Shown piece after piece: positions 1 to 14,164 of a DNA stretch of 64,000 bases. The first letter of the stretch is position 1, and each line of letters begins with the position of its first letter. Origin of the DNA: the human T2T-CHM13v2.0 reference genome, Homo sapiens; NCBI RefSeq assembly GCF_009914755.1, contig NC_060932.1; one strand, written 5' to 3'. The position numbers were made by a program, and so were the translations under genes. The notes under the pieces are model-generated. The model had not been told where the DNA came from, did not search any database, and saw nothing but the letters and a program-made list of their open reading frames with translations.

Positions 1-1994
1 ATCATCTAGCCCAATTTTGTACTTTTGATCGTGTACTGGGTTCATTTTATTTCCTTCCTCTCATTACTCAGTTCCAAGCAACCAAAAATGTCTATTTTAC
101 TTTAATAGTGAAAGAATTAGCAAAATATTTATCTTCCTATATACATATATGCATAATTATTTGGCATGACAATTTATAATAATTACTTGAGGAAATTACA
201 AAGCAAGAAAGGAGAAATCTTGGGAATAAAGTAATTTGGGGAATTTGACTTATAATTAATTTTCTGTAAAGGGGAATATTGTGAGAGTAAAGGATTTTAC
301 TAATATAGGATAATATTACCTATGAAAAAGGAGATGGTCAGAACTAACAACAATGATTAATACATTAATCATTAAAAGAAAATTATTTTACAATGAGTAT
401 TATTGTGGTCAACTTGTCTGGAAGATGAAATGTACAATGTTTAGTAGGTTGGAAAAGATTATTTGGCAAAACAGATGGCAGCTTTGGAAAGCTTCTATTC
501 ATTTAGGTGGTTTTAAGGAGAATACCTAGATTGGATTCACTACATCTGAAAAACAAGGATTCTCAACTTTGCAAATATAGAGACTGGATTTTTTTTTAAT
601 ATCCAAAGATGATTTGACACTAGAAAAACAGCTCATTGTAAACCAACAGGAATGTTCCTACCCCCAGGTATGTGTACTCTCACAATAAGTAAGCTGTATG
701 GGCAGCCAGCGTAAAATCAGTTTTGCCTGGTCAGTACAGAAACAGAACATAGGGATTTAGGTCATCTTAAGTCTCTCAGAGCTGAGGCAACCTAAAGTAC
801 TCACTTTAGGTTCCCCACTCCAGGGAGAGCCTGTCAAGAGCACAGTGCTTGGCTTCACCAACCAAGACTTTCCCTGAAGAGAGAATGTCTTTTGCTTCTT
901 CTCTTCAAGACTTCATCTTCCCTGCATGGCAATATATAGTGTATATTCATATACAAAACAGCACACAACCAAATTGATGTTGCTTCTGTCTGGAAATAAC
1001 AACTGATTGTGATTAATCTAGTATCAACTGTTTCCTGTGTCTGATTAGACTGCAGTTTGCTTTGGTTATGACATCCAACATGGGTCCAGTACTGAGAGAC
1101 ATGAGTACTGTTCATTTCCTCAGCCACTAAGATGTCAGACCTTTATATATGTGTTTTATTAGCTAAACTTTTAGAGAACACATTTTTCTCTGTTTTGAAG
1201 GTATTTCACCTCAGGGTCATCGATATTCTTTTACCATTTTTTTCTCTTTATACAAGAAAATAAACTTCACTATATATTCCAATATATAAAGAATATAACT
1301 TGACCTGCACTCACATGAAAATGTTGACACATTATTTACTTTCCGTAAAACAAATAAAACTAATTTGCACATTTAAATAACTACAGTTACATATTTACAA
1401 GTAAGACTTACACTTAAATACATAGTGCTTAATTAATAGCCACCTCCATTAAAAAATAAAAACTTTGTTAAAGGCCTAACCCAGCTTCTAATATCTGTAT
1501 ATGATTTTTAATCATTTATTTGTCCTTACCTATAATAGAACGTTCTCAGTCTAAGGAAGCTATCTCACCAATTGTCAGAAAGGATCAATCAGGTACACTC
1601 AGAATGAACAATTCACGCAATGAAGGGCAATTGGCCAACTGCTGCATGCCTGAGATGGGTGACTATTCCAGGAGAAATTACTCTAGCCCCTGCCCCCTCA
1701 AATTTTTTTCCAGACTAATATTGCAGGAGACAAGAAAGCTAACAAAACAAATCAATGTTTTGTCAAGATGTTACTGAATGTAACAAAAGATAGCAAATGA
1801 CAGGATTGAAAGCATAAAATACATGCAATTCAGTTAGAATTGATTTATCTTCAAAACAAAACCAGAGGCTAAAAGATGTGTCTTTTCTATATCTATATAG
1901 ATGTGCTATATGCTATGTGCGGTGTGCTATGGCCTTCTGGCATCTAGGCAGTCTGTACCTTGGGTTCCTGGGAAAAAGGCAGAGTACAAACTGC

Positions 1995-1997
<3 letters not shown>

Positions 1998-2045
<48 letters not shown>
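1998..2045. repeat. (TG)24 microsatellite
   Basis: Uninterrupted TG run seen directly; explains the CVCV/THTH ORFs. Confidence 0.98.
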
Positions 2046-2047
<2 letters not shown>

Positions 2048-2912
2048 ACAGGACTTTGGACCTAGATTCCTATGTGGCACTCCTGGTCCTGGCATGGGTC
2101 TTGCGACCTCCTGTTGCCCGTCTAGTCTAATACCCAAGTAAGGTTTTTCCAAACTTTATGTCCCAAGCAGCACAATTTACCCAAGAAAGTATAAATCATA
2201 ATATTCAGTGCTCAAATTTGGAAAACAGTATTAAACAAAGGTAAGGAGGCTTCCTTAAAACTTTTCAAATGCATTTAGTTGCTATTGTATGTTGGGAATA
2301 TTCACAGCTGAGATATTATATTTTCTGTTTACCTGAATTCTTTCTTTTAGCTCTGTAATTCCCATTAATACCCAAGTAAAATATCCAGTGGAACGTTTTG
2401 ACCTAGAGTAAACTCTGAGCTCTTAGGGCCCTTTACCCAAGTCTCATCCACTGTCTTAGCACTTGAAGTTGTGCCGGTCAGGAGGAGAGAAGCATAGCAC
2501 AACCAAATGAAGTTGTCCACCCTGAGGCCTTCCATGTCTACCAGTATGAGGTAGTCCCAAACCTATTTTACTGAATGATATGTGCTGGGAAACCCTCCAT
2601 AAATGGAGCTGAGATCATAATCCCCAAATGAGGAAATCCAGACATAAAAGGGCATTTCAATAGAGACAAGGGTTCTTAAGTATTGCTTCTCATACTGAAT
2701 CTCTACCCAGAAGCACTGTGGTGGTTGGCTTACCCCATACCAGCCCTCCTCCTCAGGCACTTCTACCTAGGGGGAATAGGTCTGGTGACATAGGGAGTGT
2801 TTAGCCTTCCCTGTTGGTCATAAGACTGTCACTACAAATGTACTCATTCACGGATACTGAATTGCAGCTGTCTGTTCGCTATTATTCTGACCACAGCGAA
2901 AGATAAACTTTG

Positions 2913-3268
2913 ATGCAGCCATAAAAAATGATGAGTTCATGTCCTTTGTAGGGACATGGATGAAATTGGAAATCATCATTCTCAGTAAACTATCGCAAGA
3001 ACAAAAAAGCAAACACCGCATATTCTCACTCATAGGTGGGAATTGAACAATGAGAACACATGGACACAGGAAGGGGAACATCACACTCTGGGGACTGTTG
3101 TGGGGTGGGGGGAGGGGGGAGGAATAGCATTGGGAGATATACCTAATGCTAAATGACGAGTTAGTGGGTGCAGCGCACCAGCATGGCACATGTATTCATA
3201 TGTAACTAACCTGCACATTGTGCACATGTACCCTAAAACTTAAAGTATAATAATAATAAATAAAAAAA
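2913..3268 (+). mobile_element. 5'-truncated young LINE-1 3' end (L1PA2/L1PA3-like)
   Basis: ORF2 end plus 3'UTR (GATGAGTTCATGTCCTTTGTAGGGACATGG ... G-rich tract ... ACCCTAAAACTTAAAGTATAATAA), A-rich tail, perfect 15-bp TSD GAAAGATAAACTTTG at 2898-2912 and 3269-3283. GACGAGTTAG has GAG, not the L1HS-Ta ACA. Confidence 0.95.
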
Positions 3269-3704
3269 GAAAGATAAACTTTGCAATATACAGAGAGCTT
3301 TTAATGATATTTTATTTAATTAATATTTTATTTTAAAAAAGGACCAGTAGAGGAACCCTGAAATGAGTATGTTCTAGCTGAAATATTGAAGAATATCCCA
3401 TAAGGCATCAGGAATCAGCTAATGCTTCACTTACAAAGAGTGCCTCCTGGCATGCAATGCTCAAACTTTCTACAGATTGGCAGAAAAAATAATTATTGTG
3501 ATTCCACTGTGCAAGATGCGTGGGAAGGAAGGGGTCCTGGTACATAGGACTTCATTTTCAATAAAGTCTCCTAAAGAGATAAAAGAGCAACAACTGAACA
3601 CTCAATTTTATTCTTTGTTCAGCTTGCTGGATCACAAGCAATGCTTCTTTCTGGAGTATTTTTTCTTAGAAAATAATAAGACATAATGTAAAGTAGGCTG
3701 GAAG

Positions 3705-3915
3705 AGTAGGGATTACACTCATTTCAGAATCAAACAAATCAGGGATTGAATAATCATCTCTTCTGCGTTCTAGCTACATACCTTGGGCAAATTCATTAAC
3801 TTTTCTTAGCCTCACTTAGCCCACCCCATACATGAAGATAATGATGCCTAATGTGAATGATTAACATGTGCCTATCATCTTGAAATGTTTCTGGATCATA
3901 ATAGGTATTCTATAC
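3705..3915 (+). mobile_element. MIR SINE (degenerate)
   Basis: MIR core-like CCTTGGGCAAATTCATTAACTTTTCTTAGCCTCA. Confidence 0.65.
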
Positions 3916-4722
3916 ATTAGGTCTCTACTAGGCTAAAGTGAGAACAAAGCAAATAAGAAAATACTAAAAGCAGAATAGCATGAACAAGAATGATCAGTCT
4001 TGTGTCTATGATTGTTGTTACTCCACAGATAAATTTTACCTAATTTGATCATAGGTCATATCATAATCATCTTTGACAAAATACAGCATTTTACGGTGTG
4101 AAATGAGCGATATATCTGGCAGTCAGATCTAGCATTGATAAGGGATAAAACTAATCATTCCATTGGTGGATAGGAAGATGTCTTAGTTTGCCTGACTTTA
4201 GGAAGTTTTTGAAAGACAATAGATTCATTATCTGAGAAGCAAAGTTTGGTGTATTTTAGGTTTTACTTTAGAGCCAGTATTTGAAAAAAAAAAAAAAGTT
4301 CTATACTATTTGCCAAATATAAGAAACTGATGAGATGATAAAATTGCAAATAATGATTGAAATGTTAGAATCAAATGCCCAGTAGCTAGTTTAAATGACA
4401 ATGACAGTTGTTTTTTAAACATTTCCACTTACAATTTTAGGATTGAAGAGGCCTTGAAGGTTGTTTTAACCTAGACTGCACTTTTAGTGTGGCCCTGAGG
4501 TCATTATCCTGACACATTTGATGCTCAATTTTTATGAAGCATAATAATGAATACCAGCATATTAAAGGTGAAATAAAACCAGACTGCTTGAAAGCAGATG
4601 TATTCTCCTGGGGATACTTCAAGAGAATTGGAATGTGGGTTGGGGTACCCTATATCAAATAAGTATTTGCTAGAAAACACATTAGCCAGGAGATATAATG
4701 TAAGTGCCAGGGTACTCCACTG

Positions 4723-5056
4723 CAGGGGTCCCCAACTCTCAAGGCTGGACCAGTACCAGTCAATAGCCTGTTAGGAATCAGGCCACACATCAGGAGGTGA
4801 GTGGCGGGCAGCAAGCATTAGTGCCTGAGCTCCACCTCCTGTCAGATGAGCAGCAGCATTAGATTCTCATAGGAGCACAAACCCTAGTGTAAACTGTGCA
4901 TGTGAGGGATCTAGGCTGTGCACTCCTTATGAGAATCTAACTAATGCCTGATGATCTGAGGTGGAATAGTTTCATCCCAAAACCATCCCCCTACCCCAGC
5001 TCCGTGGAAAAATTGTCTTCCACAATTCCTGGTGCCAAAAAGGTTGGGGGCTGCTT
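4723..5056 (+). mobile_element. MER1B (hAT-Charlie MITE)
   Basis: TIRs CAGGGGTCCCCAAC ... GGTTGGGGGCTGCT; internal GCATTAGATTCTCATAGGAGC and CCTTATGAGAATCTAA; ~335 bp; partial 8-bp TSD CTCCACTG/CTCCAGCA. Confidence 0.92.
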
Positions 5057-5059
5057 CTC

Positions 5060-5525
5060 CAGCACATCAGTCAATGTTTGATTGGAAAGCCAGAATCACC
5101 ATAAGTATCAATGGAATAAGAAAATTAACAGAGGGATGAAGGCTTACACAAATGTAGAAGTCACTAGGGAAGTGGATGTTTGGCAGGCTGCAGCTGGAGG
5201 ATTGGGAAACAGTCCCTGATGACTTTAGCCTGAAGCACTGGAGTGGGCAGAGAAGCTGGAGCTCACCCAGGAGTCTGAGCAGCTGCTGCTCCCTGTCACC
5301 ATGATCCAAAACCAGGAACCCACAGAGTTGTCCATGGAAAGCTTCTCCACCACACCTTCTGGGAATAGGGTTGCCTCTTCACTTTGGCCCTCTAGTCGCA
5401 GTTCCTCTCTTTAGCAGCCTCTAAGCCAGAACCATAGAGGGAATGGGATTTTGGGAAATGTAGTTCTCAGTCTTGGAAGGGCATAGTGCTGCTGGTGCTG
5501 AGTTGGTAAGAAACAACCCAGCTCA
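5060..5525 (-). mobile_element. Old ERVL-class solo LTR (LTR33/LTR41-like)
   Basis: Contains GGGATTTTGGGAAATGTAGTTC (reverse of ACTACATTTCCC), typical of these LTRs; subfamily uncertain. Confidence 0.5.
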
Positions 5526-5876
5526 CCTGGTTACGGTATATGCTCAGATGTGCTGACTCTCTCTGGAGAGCAGTAAGAGTGTCACAGAATGTTTGGAAAG
5601 ATGGATGTCCCATAGTATTTCTTTTAGGATTCTTCCTGTGAGAACTCAGTGGATAAAAGTAGAAGCAAAATAACTTGGTCAAATAACAAAATCAAGACAA
5701 AAGAGAAATCAAGAATGTATGGAGTAACATTTGTGTGGCAGGCATTAAGTTATTTATGGATATTATTTCATTTACTTTCACAACATAGATTCTCTTTCTT
5801 TCACTTTATGGACAATGCAACTTTATTTTAAAGGTGAAATAAAGATCTCCTGAATCATTAAACCAGTAGATGATAA

Positions 5877-6440
<564 letters not shown>

Positions 6441-7859
6441 TAGACATTTTCTCAATCATCAGGGTGAACGTAGAATTTTGGTTAGGGGAAGGAGCCAATT
6501 TTACTGCAACGAATATATAAGGATATACTAAAATACAGAATTATATAAATTTTCTGCAAAATACAGAATTAGAGGTAGTTCAAATTTTTGCCTTCTTTGT
6601 CAATATCAATTGCTTTACGATTGCCTCCTCGAATTAAATAACATGTTGTGATTATTTCCAAATAAACAGGAATCTCAAATAAAAAAGTATTAATGTTTCC
6701 TTTTTTCTAGGAAAAAGCAGTAGTCATAAAAGGCTATAATATTTTCAAATGTATATTAAAGTTGTCTGTGGTTCTTTTTGTCCCCAGCTAATTGTTATCC
6801 CTTTTGAAAGCAGCTGCATTGTTAAAGTCAATTAACAATGCACTTGAATCCATTTTGGCTTCCTACACAATGACCTAGTACACTCAGCACTCCGGTGACC
6901 CTGGCAGACACAACAGTACTTTGAAGTACTTGCAGTCGTTACTCAGAAACTTTTAATACCACCTGTGCCACTGGTCCTAGTTTCCAAGTAGAATATAATA
7001 ACCTTAATTGGAGAGACATCTCTTTTTGACTGAGACCTTTGCTAGATTGAAGCTGATGTTTGAAATGAATTCAGCTACATAAGGAAAATTATATTTAAGA
7101 GAAAAAACATGAAATTTCAAGTGCGTCACCTAGAGGATTTAAGCAGGTAACAGATTTCTCATTATTCTGTTCTCTGTAGAGCTAAATGTTTGTGCTTCTG
7201 ATTTTCTCGTCTGATAGCCAATATATTAAAACAACAACAGTTCTTAGGCCCAGAATGCCTTCACAAACTGAAAGCACAAAATATTTAGATTTGATAGCCT
7301 AAAGAGCATATCAGTTAATTTAAGATAATTATTATAATTGAGAAACATAATGGACATGACTTTTTTCAAGGCTTCTTCAAAAATTATAAATTAAAGGAAG
7401 TTATTATAGATATGTCAAATTGGAAAAATGTGGTCTATCAGACAGTTAACTTTCTTCTTCCCAGAAATTCCACCCCTGACTCCGCCACTCTCAGTTGCTT
7501 GATTTCTGACTGCAAGATGGGTTTCTACCACCTGGAAATCATGAACAACCAGAACTTTGTTCCAGAACTGCCTTCCCAGTAAAGCCTTCTTATTGGTGAT
7601 TTTCTGTGTGCTCATTGACACCATGTTCCCTCAATTCCTATAGGATAGGTCTTTTTAATAATTTAATATGGATTTCAGATTATAGATCTGTGGCCTTTTT
7701 ATCTTCTGGTTTTCTGGGACCCTTCTCATCTGACTTTTAATATCTTTGATTTTTCTTGATGCTCCTATTCATGCCCCAGACACCTGACACTTTGTTCTTC
7801 CCTGGAGGTCCTGGTGGTTTCTCTAACCCACTCAATCATCTTTCATTGCAGTGAGAAAT

Positions 7860-8025
7860 ATTAGGAAACCAGTCTTTCCCCAGACCTCAATTTTTCTCAC
7901 GTGTAATGTAGGAGTTTTCATACCTTTCTCCTAACTTAGCTTTGAGAATTAAATGAAATGACACATGAAAGGCACCCAGTGTCTATATCTGTACAGCACC
8001 TGTCGCTTGGCAGGTCCTCAAGAAC
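7860..8025 (+). mobile_element. MIR SINE fragment
   Basis: CCTCAATTTTTCTCACGTGTAATGTAGG...TGAGAATTAAATGAAATGACACATGAAAGGCAC. Confidence 0.65.
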
Positions 8026-9729
8026 TGAAGCTAATTCTTCCCCATTTTGTTATTCTCATAATGCTTTGATGCACAAAAAAATTTTGTAATTTTTCTGTTT
8101 CATGCAATAGTTCATCTACTGTTTCTAAATAAATGCAGCATCCAATAAATTTTTTAAATCTCCGGGGTAAGAATTATATGCTCTAGTTCATTTGAAAGCC
8201 CCATTGCCTAGCACCAGGCTGGGCGTGATAGTATGTGTACAATAAATAATTACTGAAATGAATTAAAGTGAATGGGGAGCTGGAAGGGTTTGGATGGCAG
8301 TTGCCAGGCTGCCTGTTACACGTTATTCCTGACAGAATGTATCCCATGAATTAATGATTCAGAACACCAGGTGGCCAGCCACAAGCTTCCTAAAAAGGGA
8401 AACAAGCAGGAGGAGAGGAGGATTTAGCACGAAAGCCTAAGTTTTACCACAGTGAATTCAAAAACTTTCTTTATCACTTCAAAACTAGGCAGCTGGTGTC
8501 ACAGCTTCATTCCAACTGTTTGTGATGGTGGCTGTGATGTTCTGGGGCACAAGGCAGGATGTTCCTGAGCCCCATCTCACTCCCACCCTGATTCCAGGTT
8601 CTACTGATCTCAATGATTCATTTGCACTTACGTTAACGTTAATAGGTACAATACTTGTAAAACTACATCTCTAGTGTTTTTTAAAGTCAAAGTTAATGAA
8701 AAACTGTGAATGATTTTTAAACTCCCTGGGCTTCAAACTTCGCAGGAACACACTAAGTTTGAAGGAAATTGTTACTGGTACCAGGACTCTCCTTTATTTT
8801 ATAACTGTAGCCTTTGGAGTTCTGAGAGTCCAAGGGGTGGAGAGAACTTTGAAAATTTTTATTGAACTCATGCCTGCCCTGACAGTGAGAATTAAGCCTT
8901 GGATCTCTCAATTCAAATACAAAGAATACTTTTTTTTTCTTTTAACTAATGCCTATTTAAGCATTCACAAGTGCACATACACATACATACATAAAACACT
9001 TTCCTCATTAAAATATTGAATAATATTCTTGCATATAAGTATCCCTTTTCATAGCCACAGCAAACCATGGCCCAAGAAGATGAGCTTAAAGGGCCTAAAA
9101 ATGCAACCTCCATCCAGAATTTGACTTTGGAGGTCTTACTTTAGCTTTTGGAGAGGTCTGGGTATCTTATGGTGTATAGCATCTGTCTATAAACATGAAC
9201 ATTTTCAGACAGACGGCACACTACAGCTGAGCTTCTGTCTTCTTTTATTTCTAGCAGAAGTAGACCACACAAATATACAGATTACAGAAATCTACACAAT
9301 AACTTGACAAATGGAGAAGAAAAATGCTCTAAGACAAGAGATTATCACTAGCTGGTCTTATTAATTAAGAAATTATAGGATGGAGTACAATGGAGAAAAA
9401 TTCACTGACTTATATTTGAACTCAGACACCTCAAACCTAAGTGAAGGAACAAACAGAGCTCCCTAATTCTAATTAAATCACTTTATTCAGTGGGAATTAC
9501 TTCTGCAGCTATGTCAGAACTCCTGCAAATTGCTTCATATAACTCTATTCTGTACTGATACTGTAGTGGTGTATCTTGAGGAATGTTCTTATTGAATGTA
9601 AGGGAGTAAGGGACTTTGATCCAACACCCTGGTACTTGTATTTCCTAAGCAGTACTGTTACTGCCAGTATGTTTGAAATATTGATATGTAATTTTCAAAA
9701 ATGAAGACACCAGATAGCAGCATCATACA

Positions 9730-10580
9730 ATCAGTACAAATTTTGGACAAAGACCAACTGTTGGTAAGGATGCAATTGGAACTCTCCAACATTGACAGTA
9801 GGAATACAAAATGATACCGCCACATAGGAAATAGTTTGGTATTTTTTTACAGTGAAATATACACTTACCACACAAGAAGAAACTATAATCCCATGTATTT
9901 ACTCAGGATAAATAAAAACATTCTGTATGTTGATACAAAGGCTTATAGTTCAGTGACCATAGCGACATTATTCATAATAGTAAAAAAGAAAACTGGAAGC
10001 AACTCAAATGCCCATTAACTGAAGGATCAATTTAAAAATCGTGGTATATCCATTCAGTGAAATACTACCGATCAATATAAAGACAAACTGCTGATATGTG
10101 CAAGTTAGATAAATCTAAAGAGCATTAAGCAAGGGAATAAAGCTAAACACATATGACTGTATTCTGTATGATTTCATTTCTATGAAATTCTAGAAAAGGC
10201 ACAGGTTTGTAGTGACAGAAGCAGATTACTGACTTCTAGCAGGCAGGACAAAGGAAAGAGATTGACTTTAAGGAGGCACAAGAAAACCTTTCAAGATGAT
10301 GAATATGTTTTACAGTCATGACTGTAAGTGGTGTGTATATATATATTTTTGTATATAGATATTTGTGAAATATAGTATATATATTTACTATATACACAGT
10401 ATGTATCTACTATATATACAGTATATATTACTACATATAATATGTATTTACTATATATACATATAATATATACTTTATATATACTGTATATATTTGTGAA
10501 AACAATCAAATTTGACACTTGAAATGGGCACATTTTGTTTTTTTGTAAATTATACCTCAATAAAGCTGATTTAAAAAAAT
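9730..10580 (+). mobile_element. Old LINE-1 3' end (L1MB/MC/MD-type) with internal TA-rich expansion
   Basis: GTTGGTAAGGATG..., AAACTGGAAGCAACTCAAATGCCCATTAAC, TGGTATATCCAT, terminal AAATTATACCTCAATAAAGCTG. Confidence 0.85.
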
Positions 10581-11180
10581 ATGAAGTAGTTATTTGTAAG
10601 AAAATGCATGGATTTCAAAAGTTTGATTACTGTAAGTCTCTAAGAAATACTTCATCTTATTAGGTGATGAGGGAGGATTTCCTCAAATTCTATGTCTCAA
10701 TTCAGTTTGTTCCAAGTTGCATGGAACTACTGGTGGACAATATATGGGGATAAATATTTATATAATCCTGAGGAGGTGTAAAATAAACATAGAGATAAAG
10801 AAAAAGCATACCAAATCCATGTTATTAATACTTTTCAGCTTCTGAGAAAAATTGAAATAATTATTGTGATTTTTTTGTTGTTACTTAAGATATTTGAAAT
10901 GTTTGAGAATACATCACATTAGAGAATCTGTGAACTATCAAATAAAATTTGATTGTTATTAGACTTGTGATTTATTTTAAAATGAATAAAATAATTAATG
11001 TTATTAGATTTTTAAATTTTGATTCAGATTTTAATTTTTAAAAATACAAACTAATTCTAAAATATAACCTAGGTCTTTGGGTACAAAGTCTTCTAAATTT
11101 ATGGACTAAAAATATTCTCATAATTTGGCAATAGGCACTAATAAGAGTATCAATATCAGTCTGCAAGAGTAGGGTTCAAG

Positions 11181-11340
11181 ATATATATATGTGTGTATAT
11201 ATATGCACATATATGCGTATATATATGCATATATATGCATATATATATGCGTATATATGTGTATATGTATGCGTATATATGCGTATATATACGCATATAT
11301 ATATGTGTGTATATATATATGCGTATATATATATATATAT
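11181..11340. repeat. Compound (TA/TG/CG) microsatellite, 160 bp
   Basis: Strict purine-pyrimidine alternation along the whole tract. Confidence 0.97.
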
Positions 11341-11609
11341 TCAACTTATTTCTATACCAAGTTCTAATTGTAATGAAGTGGTGAAATTCCCCTCCATCTC
11401 TTCTCCTTCCCCTTTGCCAAGAATCATTTGTCTCCCTAAGGCTTCAGGCTTTTAACAAAAAAAGCTAGCATTCCTTTTTTTTCTTTGTTTTCAGATACAA
11501 ACACATTATTTCTTTGGGTGCCATAGCCAAGTAGCTTGAATGAAGTGTGAAGCAGGCAAGGAAGGAAGGCAAATAAGTGGATTTTAAGTAGAAGGATAAA
11601 TCTATACAT

Positions 11610-11960
11610 CGAAAATATTATCCTGCTACAGTATGAAACCATAAAATTTTGTATGTTCATTTATTTAGCCATTCCACTTCTAGAAAACACTTTTCAAGAA
11701 TTACTCACTAGTGAGAACCATGTCTTAGCTGAAGACTGTCCATTACAGATTACACTCAATGACAAAAGCTGTTAGCAATCTAAATATCCAATGAAAGACA
11801 ATTAGTTAAATAACTATGAGACAATTGCCCAATGGAACATTATTCAATCATGAAAATAATGTAAAAGAATATTAAAGAACATGGAAAGCTTCAAGATATA
11901 CATTTAAGTTGGAAAAATCAAGTTATGTATGATTCTCTACTGCAAAAAACATATAAATAT
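11610..11960 (+). mobile_element. Ancient L1ME-type 3' fragment
   Basis: GCCATTCCACTTCTAG, CAATCTAAATATCCA, AATGGAACATTATTCA motifs. Confidence 0.6.
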
Positions 11961-11974
11961 TGAGCAAAGCTCTG

Positions 11975-13322
11975 AAATATAGCTATTTCTGGCGATGTAT
12001 CTCCAGTTTAGATCTCCTTCCTAAACCCCAGATCTGTTTTCAGTTTCCTGATAGACATTTCTGCTATGAAATCTCACAGCACCTCAAAATCAACATGTCC
12101 AAAACTGAGCATATCTTATATCCCTCCAAACCTGTTCCTTTTGTAGAGTTCTCTCTCTCAGTTAATGGTATTCAAACCAGACATCTGGGCGTCCTTGAAT
12201 CTTCAATCTGCCGCCCACATTCATGTTCAGCAAATTTATTCAGCACCTGCTGTATGCCAGAAACTAGTCAGACCCTGGGTATTCCATATGGAAAAAAATA
12301 AACATGGTACCTGAATTCATGAAGCTTATTGTCTAGCAAGGAAAGCAGACACTAATTATATCATTGCAAATAAATAAAATAGTCACGTTTTGATTCTTTT
12401 ATGAAGGAATAAAATCAGTACTCTGAGAGAGTGAGGACGGAGACATTTTAAATAGGGTGGTCAGGAAAGTCCTCTCTGAGAAGATGACATGAAGCTGAGA
12501 GCTGAAGTTTCCAGCCATGTGAAAGGCAGCGTGGCATGGAGGAGAGAATTATTGATAAAAGAAAGAGAAACAAGAAGCCTCCAGAAGGAATTGTAGAATT
12601 AAATTTATTTTACCTTCTAAAAATTTATTGAATATGTCTTTTTCTCTCTATCATTGCAGGCTTGACTCTTTTCTAGATCAAAATTATCTCTTGCCTCAAT
12701 TATTCAAACATCCATAAAATGGCATTTCTGCTTCTGGATTTGTCTCCATCCCATCCACCCATCACATTGTAGCCAAACTGATTCTTTTGAGGCAAATTGG
12801 ATCATGTCACCCCAGTGCTTAACACCCTATAAAAGCACACCATCACTCCTGGAACTAAGCCCCAACTCTCCTCTGTGGTTTATAAGGCTCTGCAAGATCT
12901 CACACCAGAATACTCACTCAAACTGTTTCCATTAACTGCCCTCCATTCTATACTTCAGACATACTGAACTTCTTTTATTTCTTCACACAGACTATTCTCT
13001 TACACCTTAGAGCCTTGCCAAAGCTGTACCCTCTACCTGAAGCACTTCCCCACTTCACTGTTTTATCTGATTAAATCTTTTACGTCCTTCAGGCCTCAGC
13101 TAAGATATTATTTCATTGAGATAGGCTTCCTTGAGTACCCAAGTTTGATGCCCTGGTTTTACAGCACACTCTCTTCCCTTCTCTTCCATTATCCTGTATT
13201 ATAATCGCCCATTTACAGTCTGGTTCTTCAGACTGTAAATTTCACAATTTAGGGCCTTTTCTTTACTTTTTCCTGCTTTATCTTGCAAACCTAGCCAAGG
13301 TCTTGAAATACAGTAAGTGCAA
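11975..13322 (+). mobile_element. L2 LINE 3' portion, interrupted by an antisense L2
   Basis: CACCTCAAAATCAACATGTCCAAAACTGA, GATCATGTCACCCCAGTGCTTAA, terminal CCTAGCCAAGGTCTTGAAATACAGTAAGTGC. Confidence 0.8.
12216..12590 (-). mobile_element. L2 3' end (L2a-like) nested antisense in older L2
   Basis: CATTCATGTTCAGCAAATTTATTCAGCACCTGCTGTATGCCAG and AGGGTGGTCAGGAAAGTCCTCTCTGAGAAGATGACAT. Confidence 0.8.
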
Positions 13323-13334
13323 AGGGATTACCTT

Positions 13335-13610
<276 letters not shown>

Positions 13611-14164
13611 TCAAAATTCTTCGTATTCTAAATATTTTAAAGATTATTTAAGTAGTACTATTCTACTGAAGAAAGAACACAGGCTTCAGATGGCTCATCA
13701 AGTACTGATATGGACATAAGTAAGACTTCCCTGATTATCCCAGGATATTAGGCTGAGCTGAATCTAGGAACAGTCTCAAAATTCAAGGTCCTGAGAGTGA
13801 GCAGGATCTGGTACAGTGGTGCAACATCACCTGTTTCAGAGCTGAAATAAATAAGGCTGAAATGGGAGAGCCCAAGGGAGAAGAAGCCTGTAGGGAGAGA
13901 CCTAATGCAAAGCCAGGGCAGCCCATCCAATAGGTCCTCCTTCCGCAGGGACTGGGAAATAGACTGTACCCTATAGCCAGGCAACTGGACAAATTTTCAG
14001 ATATCCATAGAAAGGAATGAGACATGAAGGGGTAAGTGGGAGAACAAACCTGGAAAACATTCCTGAAGCAGGAAAAAGATCACATCAATTCCGTTTTTGT
14101 GGGGAATTTACATCCTCAGCATCGGTGGAGAGGAAACATTTAATGCTACTGACAGCAGAATAAT

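Noticed and set aside
2140-2400. Possible hAT/Charlie-type MITE remnant
   Set aside because: Only a vague resemblance; I could not assign family or ends without a search.
4437-4640. Coding exon after TTTTAG at 4440
   Set aside because: Stops in all three + strand frames within 35 nt, and no good donor.
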